Shown: positions 12,866 through 23,696, counted from the stretch's first letter. The stretch is 64,000 nucleotides of DNA from Marsupella aquatica (GCA_973895155.1 OZ316897.1:14259375-14323374); one strand, 5' to 3'. The notes: generated by a model not told the origin, from the letters alone. A program made the numbers and translations.

Positions 12866-13588
12866 ATAGTTATATTCTATTAGTCAGTCAGATTGAATCA
12901 ATGTAAGTAAGTTCTACTTCTTATCCAACATATTTTACATTATTATCACCCAAATATTTTTCTTTAGAATCCAAATTAATATTTCATTTTCTCCAATGTA
13001 CAATCTTGATCCCTCAAATGTACAATATCTGGTGCCCAAATGTACAACTCCCACTGCCCAAATGTACAATTCTTGTGCCCAAATATATATTTTTTGGTGC
13101 CTAAATGTTCAAAGATCAAAGAATTTTCCAGTTTTAATGAATAGACTGATCTCTATCCTCTCAAAGTGATGTGTTGCCACACCTAGGTTCAAAATCTCAA
13201 GCATATCTAGGATCTTCTGACATATGGTTGAAATTAATCACATAAATGGGAACACAGGCCAGGATAGAGGTACTCTCTCATGGCTGCCATTTCTACCAAA
13301 TATGGTAGCTAGAGTTGTGAAAATGGAAGTTGGCTCCCCCTATATGCGTGCTTATGGGCTCATTAAACCCCACCACTAGAGATGCTCTATGGGGATCAGA
13401 TGAGTTTTACAAGCTTTAATGATATATATCATAATTTAAAAAAAAAATTTAAAAAATGATATATATCATAATGCTAAAATAAAAAAACACCAAACTGGGA
13501 CAAGATCCCGAACGCAGTTAAACCTCAACTTCACCCCGCAATTACTGGTCGTTACATGTCCTTTTGCACTTTGCCTCATTGATTAGTC

Positions 13589-13730
13589 TGTCATGCGCAT
13601 ACACATCGCTACACAACATACATCGCTTGTCACACATATTCAAACATAGTCACAATCCACTAACACGAACATAAGAGAATGGAGTACAAATGGAACCAAT
13701 GTCCACATGCCCAAAACCCATAATAGCCCC
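13589..13730. repeat. Terminal repeat module A, copy 1 (142 bp; element 3' end)
   Basis: Matches 14061-14202 and 23388-23529, with 3 mismatches seen. Confidence 0.9.
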
Positions 13731-14058
13731 ATCTTTTCTGGATGAAATCGAACAACGATCAGTGCTAATCCAACAATGATCCCGTCCGACACGATCACAC
13801 ATATATGTCAAGCCCAACGCACCTTGTGCTTCAAGGAATCCACGTTACTTGCACACAACCTGGTTAGCCACACCATAGCCACCAAGCTCATGCTCAAAGG
13901 CTCAACATTGAAAGATGAGGCCTTTGAGCCAACACAAGGGGATAACTATCCCTCACACCAACTCAAACTAAACACAAAGTGCTCATATAGCACACATTCA
14001 AAACCTCTATATCCTAGATAGTACGATATACTTTACTACCACTCTAAATGGTGTGACA
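13731..14058. repeat. Terminal repeat module B, copy 1 (328 bp)
   Basis: Matches 23058-23385 and 32385-32712. Confidence 0.9.
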
Positions 14059-14060
14059 GC

Positions 14061-14202
14061 TGTCGTGCGCATACACATCGCTACACAACATACATCGCTT
14101 GTCACACATATTCAAACATAGTCACAATCCACTAACACGAACATAAGAGAATGGAGTACAAATGGAACCAATGTCCACATGCCCAAAACCCACAATCGCC
14201 CC
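14061..14202. repeat. Module A, copy 2, joined to B1 by a GC dinucleotide
   Basis: ...gtgtgaca GC tgtcgtgcgc... Confidence 0.9.
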
Positions 14203-14369
14203 CCTAGCTGGGAGTGAGGTCCCCTAACTCTAGCTAGCCATGAGTTCTACAAGGTTAATATACACCTTTTTAGGTGCGAAGATCAGGAGGCCGGGTGCAA
14301 GTGAGCCCCATCGATCACCTACCTGCAATCTATATCTTCCACAAGAACACAAATGATAACTAGTCGGCA

Positions 14370-15623
14370 TCACCGACATTGAGGACAAAACCATGATCCA
14401 CTAGGAATCATGTGCAAGGGTGGTGTCAAACACGACATGTGCCATCCTCTAGAACACCTATCACAAATCAACATAGTAGCTGCTTCCTGAGCAGACCCAC
14501 ACAACATACACTTCAAGCTAGCACGAACATGTGCCAAGCTTGGATCCATAGTGCCATCAATGTTTGGAAGGTGACATGGTGCACAATTACGCACGTGATC
14601 CTTCCAAACCATACCATCACGCCCTTCCAACATAAGGACTCCAGAAGGCAACACTTCACGCACACGCAAGATTGTCCGCCCTGCGGTCACATCAAGCGTT
14701 GTTGGTGCTGTCTGCTGCAAATAAACATAATCGCCAGGATGAAATCTCCTAATCTTCGTGCGATAACCTCCTCCACGAATAGTAGCATATCGCAAAGTAT
14801 CACGATGCTGGGCAATAGCAAGGTTGTCAAAGGCCATGGGCATGACTCTCTCAAAAACTCGTGCCCTCTCTGAACAAACCTTTACCCAAATATCTGGATC
14901 ATCCAAATCCACAACAGTTGCAACATCACGACGAATAGCCACTGGCAAATCTGGCTCTCTACCATAGAGCAAGAAATAGGGTGAGAATGATGCAAGTGAT
15001 GCTTGTCGACTGAAACGGTAGCCCATAGCTAACCAAGGTAGTTGGAGATCCCAGTCTCCCAAATGACCAACCTGTAAGCCATACTTGCGCAATCCTCTCT
15101 TCACAATTTGTACAACTCTCTCTGCCAATCCATCTGCCTCAGGATGATCGCGAGAAGTAGTACGATGGTCAATCAGAGCTTGCTCACACAAACCCTCAAA
15201 ATCTCCACGGAATTCCGTGCCCTGATCAGTCAACACCTCAGCTGGTGCTCCAAAGTGACTGAGTACTCGATCCAGAAATGTGGTAGCCACTCCTCCACTA
15301 GCTTTATCTGGCAATGCCACTAGTTCAATCCACTTGGAGAAGTGCTCCACCATAACCAAAACATAACGGTTATGTCGTTGGGTGAGAGGCAATGGACCAG
15401 CAAAGTCCAAACTCCATCTGTACCCCAAACCCATGATTGGCAATGGATGCAACTGGGGAGTGGGAGCATTAAATGATGCCCTCACTCGATCACATACCAC
15501 ACACTTAGCTATCAGTTGCTGGACATGAGTGTGCATACCACGCCACCAATACTGTGTCTGCAGCAAACTATAAGTGCGCTTGACACCAAAATGCCCTAAC
15601 TCCTCATGCGCATGTCGCACCAA
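14370..15623 (-). CDS. Integrase (HHCC + DDE) with C-terminal PHD finger, unit 1
   Basis: HEELGH..CVVC; LDFAG..TDQG..AER; CMLC..CDRC..HMSC..CPQC (C4HC3). Confidence 0.92.
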   Translation of the reverse strand: MVRHAHEELGHFGVKRTYSLLQTQYWWRGMHTHVQQLIAKCVVCDRVRASFNAPTPQLHPLPIMGLGYRWSLDFAGPLPLTQRHNRYVLVMVEHFSKWIELVALPDKASGGVATTFLDRVLSHFGAPAEVLTDQGTEFRGDFEGLCEQALIDHRTTSRDHPEADGLAERVVQIVKRGLRKYGLQVGHLGDWDLQLPWLAMGYRFSRQASLASFSPYFLLYGREPDLPVAIRRDVATVVDLDDPDIWVKVCSERARVFERVMPMAFDNLAIAQHRDTLRYATIRGGGYRTKIRRFHPGDYVYLQQTAPTTLDVTAGRTILRVREVLPSGVLMLEGRDGMVWKDHVRNCAPCHLPNIDGTMDPSLAHVRASLKCMLCGSAQEAATMLICDRCSRGWHMSCLTPPLHMIPSGSWFCPQCR

Positions 15624-15815
15624 ATGTACTCATTGTGATGGTTTTGGTACCACCAATACCTTACCATCACGTAGTACTCTCAAAAGATGGCTTCCTTCCC
15701 ATCGAAACCTCTTGGCTCTCTGTAGAACCCTGTCACGTTCCTTGGCATCAATACTGCCAACAATAGAACCACTGCGCAGATATTCCAACACTTTCACATC
15801 ATTGTGAATATCTTG

Positions 15816-17441
15816 CTATCCAAAAGTTACCTCACCAACATCCACATCTGAAGACTCATCATCTGCTTCATCCAATGAAGTAGAGTCCACAGAACCACTG
15901 CATGCTGGAACCCAACAAAGGAAGGCAGATGCATGCCATCCTGACACCATCTCCTTATCTGACTCATCATGCCATCTGGCTCCAGTCTCATCCTCCTGAC
16001 TGGTACATGGATTGCGGCTCAACCCATCTGCATCCAAATTCACCTTTCCAGGCCTATGCACCACCTGGAAATCATACTCCTGTAACAACAATGCCCATCG
16101 TGCAAGCTTCCCTGTAAGCTTGTCAGACTCCATTAACCACTTGAGAGGCTGATGATCAGTGATCAAAGTGAAAGGATTACCAAACAAGTAACACTGGAAG
16201 TGTGCCACAGCCCACACTGCTGCCAAACACTCTTCCTCATAAGAGCTATACTTAGCCTCTACTAAATTGTTTGATCTACTGGCATATGCCAACTCATGTC
16301 CTTCATCATCTTTCTGAGTCAGCACTGCTCCAAGTCCTACTCCACTCCAATCAGTGTGTAGCTGAAATGGTCTCCCTCAAATGGGTCTTCTCAAAATAGG
16401 GGATGATGCCAATCTTTCTTTCAACTCCTGAAAGGCATGCTCTTGATCATCACCCCAAATCCATTCCTGATCCAACTTAGTGAGTATGGTCAAAGGTTTA
16501 GCAAGCTGGCTAAATCCTTTAACATACCTCCTATAGTAGCTCGCCAATCTGAAGAATGCACGAACTCTACTCACATCAGTAGGACGAGGAATCTGTGTAA
16601 TGGCCTCCACTTTAGTCTGTTGTACACCCAATCCCCCTGGGTATATAGTGTGGCCCAAATACTCAATCTGTTCTTGGAAGAACTTACAATTGCCGGGATG
16701 GAGCTTCAATCCATGTTCCTTCAATCTCTCAAACACAATCTGCAAGTGTCGTTGATGTTCTTCCACAGTAGAAGAATAAACCAAAATATCATCAATATAA
16801 CATCTGACAAAATCCAGACCTGCAAGGATTCAATCCATGACTCTCTGGAACTCAGCTGGTGCATTCTTCAATCCAAATGGTAAGAACAACCACTGATACA
16901 AACGATGCTTGCCATAAGAATCAATTCTCCAGAATGCTGTCTTGGACCTGTCAGAATGTCTGATTGGAAGCTGATGGTACCCTACCCTCAGATCCAATGA
17001 ACTAAAAACCTTTGCATGCCCCACTGCATCAAAGATCTCCTCAGGTGTGGGCATGGCATATCGATCAGATTTTGTCTGACGATTAATAGGTCGGTAATCA
17101 CCACACATACGCCTATCCGTGTAATTACCATGCACATCCTTCTTGGCTGGCATCACTGTGGCAGATGCATACTCCCCGTATGAGATCTCCACCAAACCAG
17201 CCTCCAACAAATCCTGAGTTTTGCTCTGGATCAGAGCTCTTTCCATGTCACTATAACGATATGGTCTACGAAAGATTGGCGCATCACTAGCCAATTCAAT
17301 CTGAATACCAGGGCCCTTCAATGTCCCCAAATCCTTCATGCTGAATGCAAAACAATTCCAATAACTCTTTAGGAATCGATGCATGCGATGTCTCTCCTCC
17401 CCTATCAACTTAGGACCAATCTGTGGCTCCCAACTCTCCAC
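15816..17441 (-). pseudogene. Reverse transcriptase and RNase H, unit 1
   Basis: RMCGDYRPIN, LDLRVGYHQ, LPFGLKNAPAEFQR, CYIDDIL (16782-16802), FQLHTDWS, TDHQPL, DADGLSR. Confidence 0.92.
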
Positions 17442-17663
17442 CAGATCCCTAATATCTTTTTGTAGGGTAGAAGAGATAGCCGATGATTGCTATTTAGCAG
17501 TAGATTGAGCAGTCCCTTCCTGCTCAACAATCTGTCCAGCCTTGGCCAATCCTGCCATAGGTCCATGGATTGCCTGCTCGCCCCCAGCTGTGGTCATCAT
17601 TGTCTTAGTGGACCGCAAGCTCACTAATGGACGATCAGTAACACCAGCAGAGCGCATCCGCAA

Positions 17664-18755
17664 CTATTCAGCTACTCCCAAGCTGATAATCCAAGTCAAG
17701 CAATTCAAATCCATGGCTTGACCAAGGACTTGGCGGCGTGAACTCTCTAACACCGAGGCAACTGCAGTAGTGCCTGTCAACAATCCCATAGCACGCTCTC
17801 TTTCATCAGCAGTAGGCTCCACTAATTGCTGTAGCGTTGTATCCCATACAAGTCCAGGCCCACCTGCTCTAAATGCATATGAAGCAGAATGGCTCACAAA
17901 AGTGGGTAATGCACAACGCGGACGACCAACCAAATTGACCACTGCCAATGGAGATCTGTCAGACTGGGTCACATGTTGTGCACAACGCCCTGGATCCAAA
18001 ATATCATCCACCACCAAGGATGCTGAGCGAGGAATGCTATCAAATGCTCGCTTCAACACTTCACAAGGTAACAAATTAGTCCACCACAAGCGTGGACGAT
18101 GTGCACGAGAACCCACACGTGCAGCATCCAATAATACAGCAGGTCCAATCCAAGATCTGACCTGATGTACACTAGCAACAAGTCGATGACGCTCATCACC
18201 CAATAGTGGCACATTCTCCAAAATGTAGGCAGGGGAATGTGTTTGGTGTAACTGGAGATGACGCAATACCCGTAACATCTCCCAAAACAATGCAGAGCGT
18301 GGATCATGAAGTCCATGTCCAACTCCAGCTCTTGATTGGCCTTGACATGGCCAACCAGCAATCACCAAATCAATGGGGCCAACGGGATCCAAATGATCCG
18401 CCCCCAGCAATGAAATATCAGCCGACAATGCATGCTGATAGCCACGAACAGCATCCACTGGCAACAACTGTGGATAACGGTCTACCAACATAGCCACATG
18501 ACACAATGAGACTCTCCGTGTTGTCTCATCTGTCTCCACATACAAGTATCGACGCACAGGAATTCCTGCCTGAAGAATAGCAGCCAATCCAGTGCTAATT
18601 CCACCAAATAGATCGAGCAAACAAATACCCTCTGGTGGATACTGCCATGCAATAGGAGTGGTATCCAATGGTGAAAGAGTCACTGGTCCACCTGTAGGAG
18701 ATTGCTCTGCTCCTGACTGTGGTGTAAAAGCATGACGCCATGCATCATGTACCAA
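17664..18755 (-). CDS. C5-cytosine DNA methyltransferase domain (DNMT3/DRM-like motif signature), unit 1
   Basis: Motif I DLFGGISTG, II YVETD, IV GWPCQG, VI ENV, VIII HRPRLWWTN, IX ERERAMG, X LGQAMD. Confidence 0.92.
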   Translation of the reverse strand: MVHDAWRHAFTPQSGAEQSPTGGPVTLSPLDTTPIAWQYPPEGICLLDLFGGISTGLAAILQAGIPVRRYLYVETDETTRRVSLCHVAMLVDRYPQLLPVDAVRGYQHALSADISLLGADHLDPVGPIDLVIAGWPCQGQSRAGVGHGLHDPRSALFWEMLRVLRHLQLHQTHSPAYILENVPLLGDERHRLVASVHQVRSWIGPAVLLDAARVGSRAHRPRLWWTNLLPCEVLKRAFDSIPRSASLVVDDILDPGRCAQHVTQSDRSPLAVVNLVGRPRCALPTFVSHSASYAFRAGGPGLVWDTTLQQLVEPTADERERAMGLLTGTTAVASVLESSRRQVLGQAMDLNCLTWIISLGVAE

Positions 18756-18767
18756 TTGTGCTGCCCT

Positions 18768-19820
18768 CTACGGCAAGGCTTGTGCAGTACCCCATACTGG
18801 TGGCACAACACTAGTTGGATTGGGATCATCCCAATCCAGTTTGCTCCTTCGCACCATCTGCTCCTCATGTGACTCCTCCACTGATGGAACATCTGCTGCA
18901 TGTGCATTACCCTCCATCAAATAATCAGGATCAGTGATCACACCACTGAAGGCTGCCAAAGACAATAGTGTGGGTTTAGGGCCTCCCACAGGTCCACTAA
19001 ATTGCACTGGCAACCTGCTCAATCGAGCATCTCCTGACTGCCAATCAGGTCTGTATGACACTGATTCATCCCAAAAATCAAGAATAAATCCCATGGGGTA
19101 CAACACTGTACATCCCACCAACACGTCATAGGACTCGGCCTTAGTCAAAATAGCTCGCGCCTGTATGTGGGAACTATCCTTGGTATGACCCTCCTAAATC
19201 CTCAATTCAAGTGGTCGTCTGGTGATGTGCTGTGTGGGTGTAGGTCCCCCCAATGAAGTCTGAATAGGAAAGGGACACTCGTCCAGATCATCTGGATGCA
19301 ATGCCAATCCTCGTACCGCAGACTTACCCAACATCAAGGGCTGAGCACCAGTATCCAGTAACACTCTCTCTGGCTGGTATATGGCTCCAGTAGGCCCAAC
19401 TAATCGGAAGATACCACTCCGATTATCCAATGACACAACACTAGGTTTAAACCTAGTCCTCTCAAATGCAGGGCGTGCTGGTAAATCCACCAACCTCGCT
19501 GCTGCTGCATGCCAGGTCTCGCTAGTAGCCGTAGGTGGCATGGTCTTCACAGCTTCAACACTGCAAGCTGCTTTTGCATGGGAAGCAACAACTGGAGTGT
19601 CCTCATAGAGTGTAGCTGCCAATCTGAACACTTCTGCAGGACCAACTGCCAAGTTTAGCATGTCTGTAGCTGAAAATAATGGGGTGCGCACTATGGTAGT
19701 AGCCGCCCCCAGCAGGGTACCTGTCATCCCTGCTGCATCACTACCTGATTCTGCCAACTTACCCACGCTAGGGTTTGTCTGAATCGGGTTCATAGAGGCA
19801 GTCTGAACTGTCTCTAACAA
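18768..19820 (-). pseudogene. Aspartic protease region, unit 1
   Basis: VLLDTGAQ ... YDVLVG flap and C-terminal motifs. Confidence 0.8.
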
Positions 19821-19865
19821 TGTAAAAGACTGAGGAAGCTTTGTCTGACGACGTGCATCCCCCCT

Positions 19866-21407
19866 CTATGGATCTAGGTCCACTACTGCTCCTCGGGGCT
19901 CAAGAGCTTTTGCTGCCCCACGCGTCAAAGCTGTTGATGCATCAATGTGTGCAGTGCCACACATGAATCCCATGGTGGCAAGATCTCCATCAACCCCATA
20001 AGATGTGGAAGCTCCATAGGATGTAGAAGCCCCATCACCAGAAGTAGGTCTCACCTGAGAACTAGCCATAGCAGCTAGTTGTTGCTCCAATTGAGCAATC
20101 TTAGCATCCTTAGGATCTGTGGTCACAGTAGGAGCAACCTCACCTCCTTGCCTTGCTACATGTGGCATACCTCGGCCACGATCACCACCTCTACCTCCTC
20201 TTCCCTGATCATGTGTGCGTTGTCCTCCTCTCCGTAACTCGGGATGGAGTGAGAAACACCTATCCTTGGTGTGTCCAGGAGCTCCACAATGATCACACTG
20301 CCGCTGATCAGGTGCTGAGGCCCCTCCTGACCCTCTAGGATCAGGGCAATACCGCTGCGCATGATCCCCACCACAGGTCCAACATCCTGATTGCTGTCCA
20401 GCATAGGAAGGCACAGGTCTCTGACTGGTAGACTCTCGTGCAGTAGGCTTCTCCCTCTGGCTCTTCCGTGCAACAGGCTGTGGTGTGGATGTAGATGCAG
20501 CCTTGGGTGCTTCCTTGGCAAATCCGGAAGTCACCACCTTCTCATTCACCATATTGAGCTCAATTCACTCAGAAAGTGTAAAAACAACTGCCAATGTGGG
20601 ATCTGCATCCCTAAGCAGAGTGACATCTCTCACTCTACGTCGCAATTCTCTATCCAGAATTGCATACCAAAACTGGACTGCTTGAGCCTCTGTCACTCCC
20701 TTGGTGACAGTGATCAATCTGCGCATACGAGTGTATGCCTCACGTAGACTCTCTCCAGTCTTGCGCTGAAACTCCTGGAGACCCTTCAACTTATCAGTCC
20801 TCACACCCTGATAGTTCTGCTTTAATACTTCAAAGAACTCCACCACAGGGTTAAATGTTGGCGTGACTCCAACCCCTGTCACAATCGCACTGGTAGGAGT
20901 AGCGGTGGATGTTGTTGGAGTGGTACTGGTAGATGGTGTGCCACTCTGGCTAGTGCTGCTAGAAGAAGCAACAACTATAGCAATGGGTTGGGCAGCCGCT
21001 CTAGTGCCATAGGTGATGGACACATAATTAGGTGACCAATGCTGCCTCCATGCCTCAATCTCAACCAAATGAGCCTTCTGAAACTCATGGTAATCATCCA
21101 TGGGTGGCCCCTCCAAATGCTGAAATAATCCCTTCCATGCCATGAAAGGGGTAAACAACGTGGCATTACGTAATGACTGCATGTCGCACCACGTATCAAA
21201 CTCCTGGATGAAGTCATCCAGATCAATCGTGCCAACTGCACCAGAGTATCGTCGTGGGCCCTTTGTAGCCCCGTACATCTCTTCCATATCCCACAACAAA
21301 GGTGCAATCACCTGATGACAAGGAGAATTGGTCACAGAGTCCTCGTCAGAATCACTATCTGAAGCTGCACTTGCAACTGCTATCAATGTTGTTGGCCGAA
21401 ATGACAC
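19866..21407 (-). pseudogene. Gag with two zinc knuckles, unit 1
   Basis: FQRKTGESLREAYTRM (MHR-like); CWTCGGDHAQRYC and CDHCGAPGHTKDRC. Confidence 0.85.
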
Positions 21408-21722
21408 CCCACTTCGAGTGAAACCGGTCCTCTGTCCCTCGGACAGTTCCGTAGCACCCGAAGAATCCGTGATGACAAATCTGCCCTAAATCATCACCAT
21501 CACCTTCATAATAGGCTTCACAATGCCCCAAGGTTGTAGCTAAGAATCCATGCAAAATTAATCCAATCTATGCATCTAGATGGATTCAGAAGTATAAAAA
21601 ACCTCCAAATAGCATCTAATTTGGCCCAAAACAGGTCTCTAGACAAACTAATAAGTGTATAAAGGCCCCTGGCCCTTTTAACTTAGACAACAAGTTGTGA
21701 AAACTTGTGTGTACACTACATG

Positions 21723-21782
21723 CCATAAGAACTCCATGGTTAAGCACGCGCAAGAGGAATAGCTTTGGGATGGGTGACCTCC
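21723..21782 (+). promoter_or_regulatory. 5S rRNA-derived internal control region (A-box to C-box), antisense to the element, unit 1
   Basis: CCATAAGAACTCCATGGTTAAGCACGC...GGATGGGTGACCTCC versus plant 5S CCATCAGAACTCCGCAGTTAAGCGTGC...GGATGGGTGACCTCC; about 44/61 identical by hand alignment to a recalled plant 5S sequence. Confidence 0.85.
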
Positions 21783-22033
21783 CCCCTTGGAGTTATGCAC
21801 CAACTTAGGCACTCCAAACCAACCAATTGTCAACTACTCCTCACGTACCAACAAGCTACCTTGCGGCCTGCTCCGGTCTGGCTCCTGTTCCGTCCTCACG
21901 CCCCTCGTCACGAGTCGCCTTGAAACGCGAGATGAGCCTAAGGGAGCCCTTCACACCCGCCACACTTCGCTACGTCGGGATGAACCTCCAATTCAAATCC
22001 ATTCAATAGTCATCCGGACGCCCGGTCCACAAG

Positions 22034-22474
22034 TTGGAGTGGGATGATCCCAGTCCAAGTCCTTCACATCCTCTACACAGGTGAAGTCGCCAAGATACAG
22101 TTGGATTGGGTTGATCCTAATCCAAATCCACTTCAAGGTCCAGATGAGGTCTCTGGACACGCCAACATACAGTTGGATTGAGATGATCCCAATCCAATTT
22201 CACCTTCAAGTCCAAATGGGGTCCGAAGTTACCAATGTATAGTTGGATTGGGATGATCCTAGTCCAAATCCAACTTCGAGTCAAAATGCGGTCTCAAGAG
22301 ACAACCCACAATTGGACTCGGATGATCCCAATCCAAATCCAACTTTGAGTCAAAATGAAGTCTCAAGAGACAACCCACAATTGGACTTGGATGATCCCAA
22401 TCCAAATCCAACTTTGAGTCAAAATGCGGTCTCAAGAGACAACCCACAATTGGACTCAGATGATCCTAGTCCAA
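22034..22474. repeat. Array of seven 25-bp palindromes TTGGATTGGGAT-G-ATCCCAATCCAA, period 67-72 bp, unit 1
   Basis: Copies at 22034, 22101, 22173, 22243, 22312, 22381 and 22450. Confidence 0.9.
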
Positions 22475-23057
22475 AACAAGGCGCGCCACAAAACACGCCG
22501 CAATTCTCGGACCAAAACACTGTTCAACAATATTGTCGTTTTCCTTGTGCCCTAGGTCGCCGCCGCACCTCGTCGCAACGCGGACTCCATCGTGACATCG
22601 ACGACACAATTCACCAACATTTGATTGTCACTTTCTTCGTAAAAGTGTACTATCCATCAACGAATCTCAAATCCGCAATAGCCTTTGCGATGCTGCAACG
22701 CAATCGATAAGGACTAGAACTCCAAAAACACAATGTAGCAACTACCACTTGAGGCGCCTTCTGATCTTCGATCAGTCCCTCATTGCCATAGCTTCGAGAA
22801 GCTCCAAATGTCAATCCGATAATCAACTCCAGAGAGAACTTCAATGAACAAACTATCAGAGAGCTTCAAACAACACCACGCTGTACTCTTAGAGCAATCA
22901 ATAGCTCACAATCTCCAATCTACCAACGGCTGATCTGACTTGAGCTACCACAAGTCAACCAGCAAGATCCCAACAATCCAAGCTACCATGGATCAACTCT
23001 GCAATACAGCAAGCTTCGAAACAGCTTCGAATCAACCTGCAGTGATCTTTCAATGTA

Positions 23058-23529
23058 ATCTTTTCTGGATGAAATCGAACAACGATCAGTGCTAATCCAA
23101 CAATGATCCCGTCCGACACGATCACACATATATGTCAAGCCCAACGCACCTTGTGCTTCAAGGAATCCACGTTACTTGCACACAACCTGGTTAGCCACAC
23201 CATAGCCACCAAGCTCATGCTCAAAGGCTCAACATTGAAAGATGAGGCCTTTGAGCCAACACAAGGGGATAACTATCCCTCACACCAACTCAAACTAAAC
23301 ACAAAGTGCTCATATAGCACACATTCAAAACCTCTATATCCTAGATAGTACGATATACTTTACTACCACTCTAAATGGTGTGACAGCTGTCGTGCGCATA
23401 CACATCGCTACACAACATACATCGCTTGTCACACATATTCAAACATAGTCACAATCCACTAACACGAACATAAGAGAATGGAGTACAAATGGAACCAATG
23501 TCCACATGCCCAAAACCCACAATCGCCCC
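23058..23529. repeat. Module B2 + GC + module A3 (junction between the tandem units)
   Basis: Same as 13731-14202 at +9327. Confidence 0.9.
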
Positions 23530-23696
23530 CCTAGCTGGGAGTGAGGTCCCCTAACTCTAGCTAGCCATGAGTTCTACAAGGTTAATATACACCTTTTTAG
23601 GTGCGAAGATCAGGAGGCCGGGTGCAAGTGAGCCCCATCGATCACCTACCTGCAATCTATATCTTCCACAAGAACACAAATGATAACTAGTCGGCA

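Larger units (their letters stand above)
14370..21407 (-). pseudogene. Gag-PR-DNMT-RT-RNaseH-INT-PHD polyprotein, unit 1; one reading frame interrupted by 10 stop codons
   Basis: All nine sub-ORFs share one frame. Stops at 20565, 19866, 19194, 18768, 17664, 17490, 16830, 16377, 15816 and 15630; no frameshifts. Confidence 0.92.

Noticed and set aside
13589-14058. Conventional 470-bp LTR pair
   Set aside because: A+B is contiguous only at the left end; the right end has B alone, and A recurs internally after GC.
21723-21782. Functional 5S rRNA gene
   Set aside because: Only the ~60-nt internal control region matches; the 5' and 3' helix I ends and the downstream T-run are missing.
22034-22474. 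CRISPR array
   Set aside because: Spacers are related to each other, the context is a eukaryotic retroelement, and there are no cas genes.
22243-22710. 155-aa + strand ORF (DWDDPNP repeats) as a protein
   Set aside because: Explained by the 69-bp tandem repeat; no ATG start and no recognisable domain.
22851-22866. tRNA-Met PBS (tatcagagagc)
   Set aside because: Wrong strand, lacks TGG and is not adjacent to a terminal repeat.
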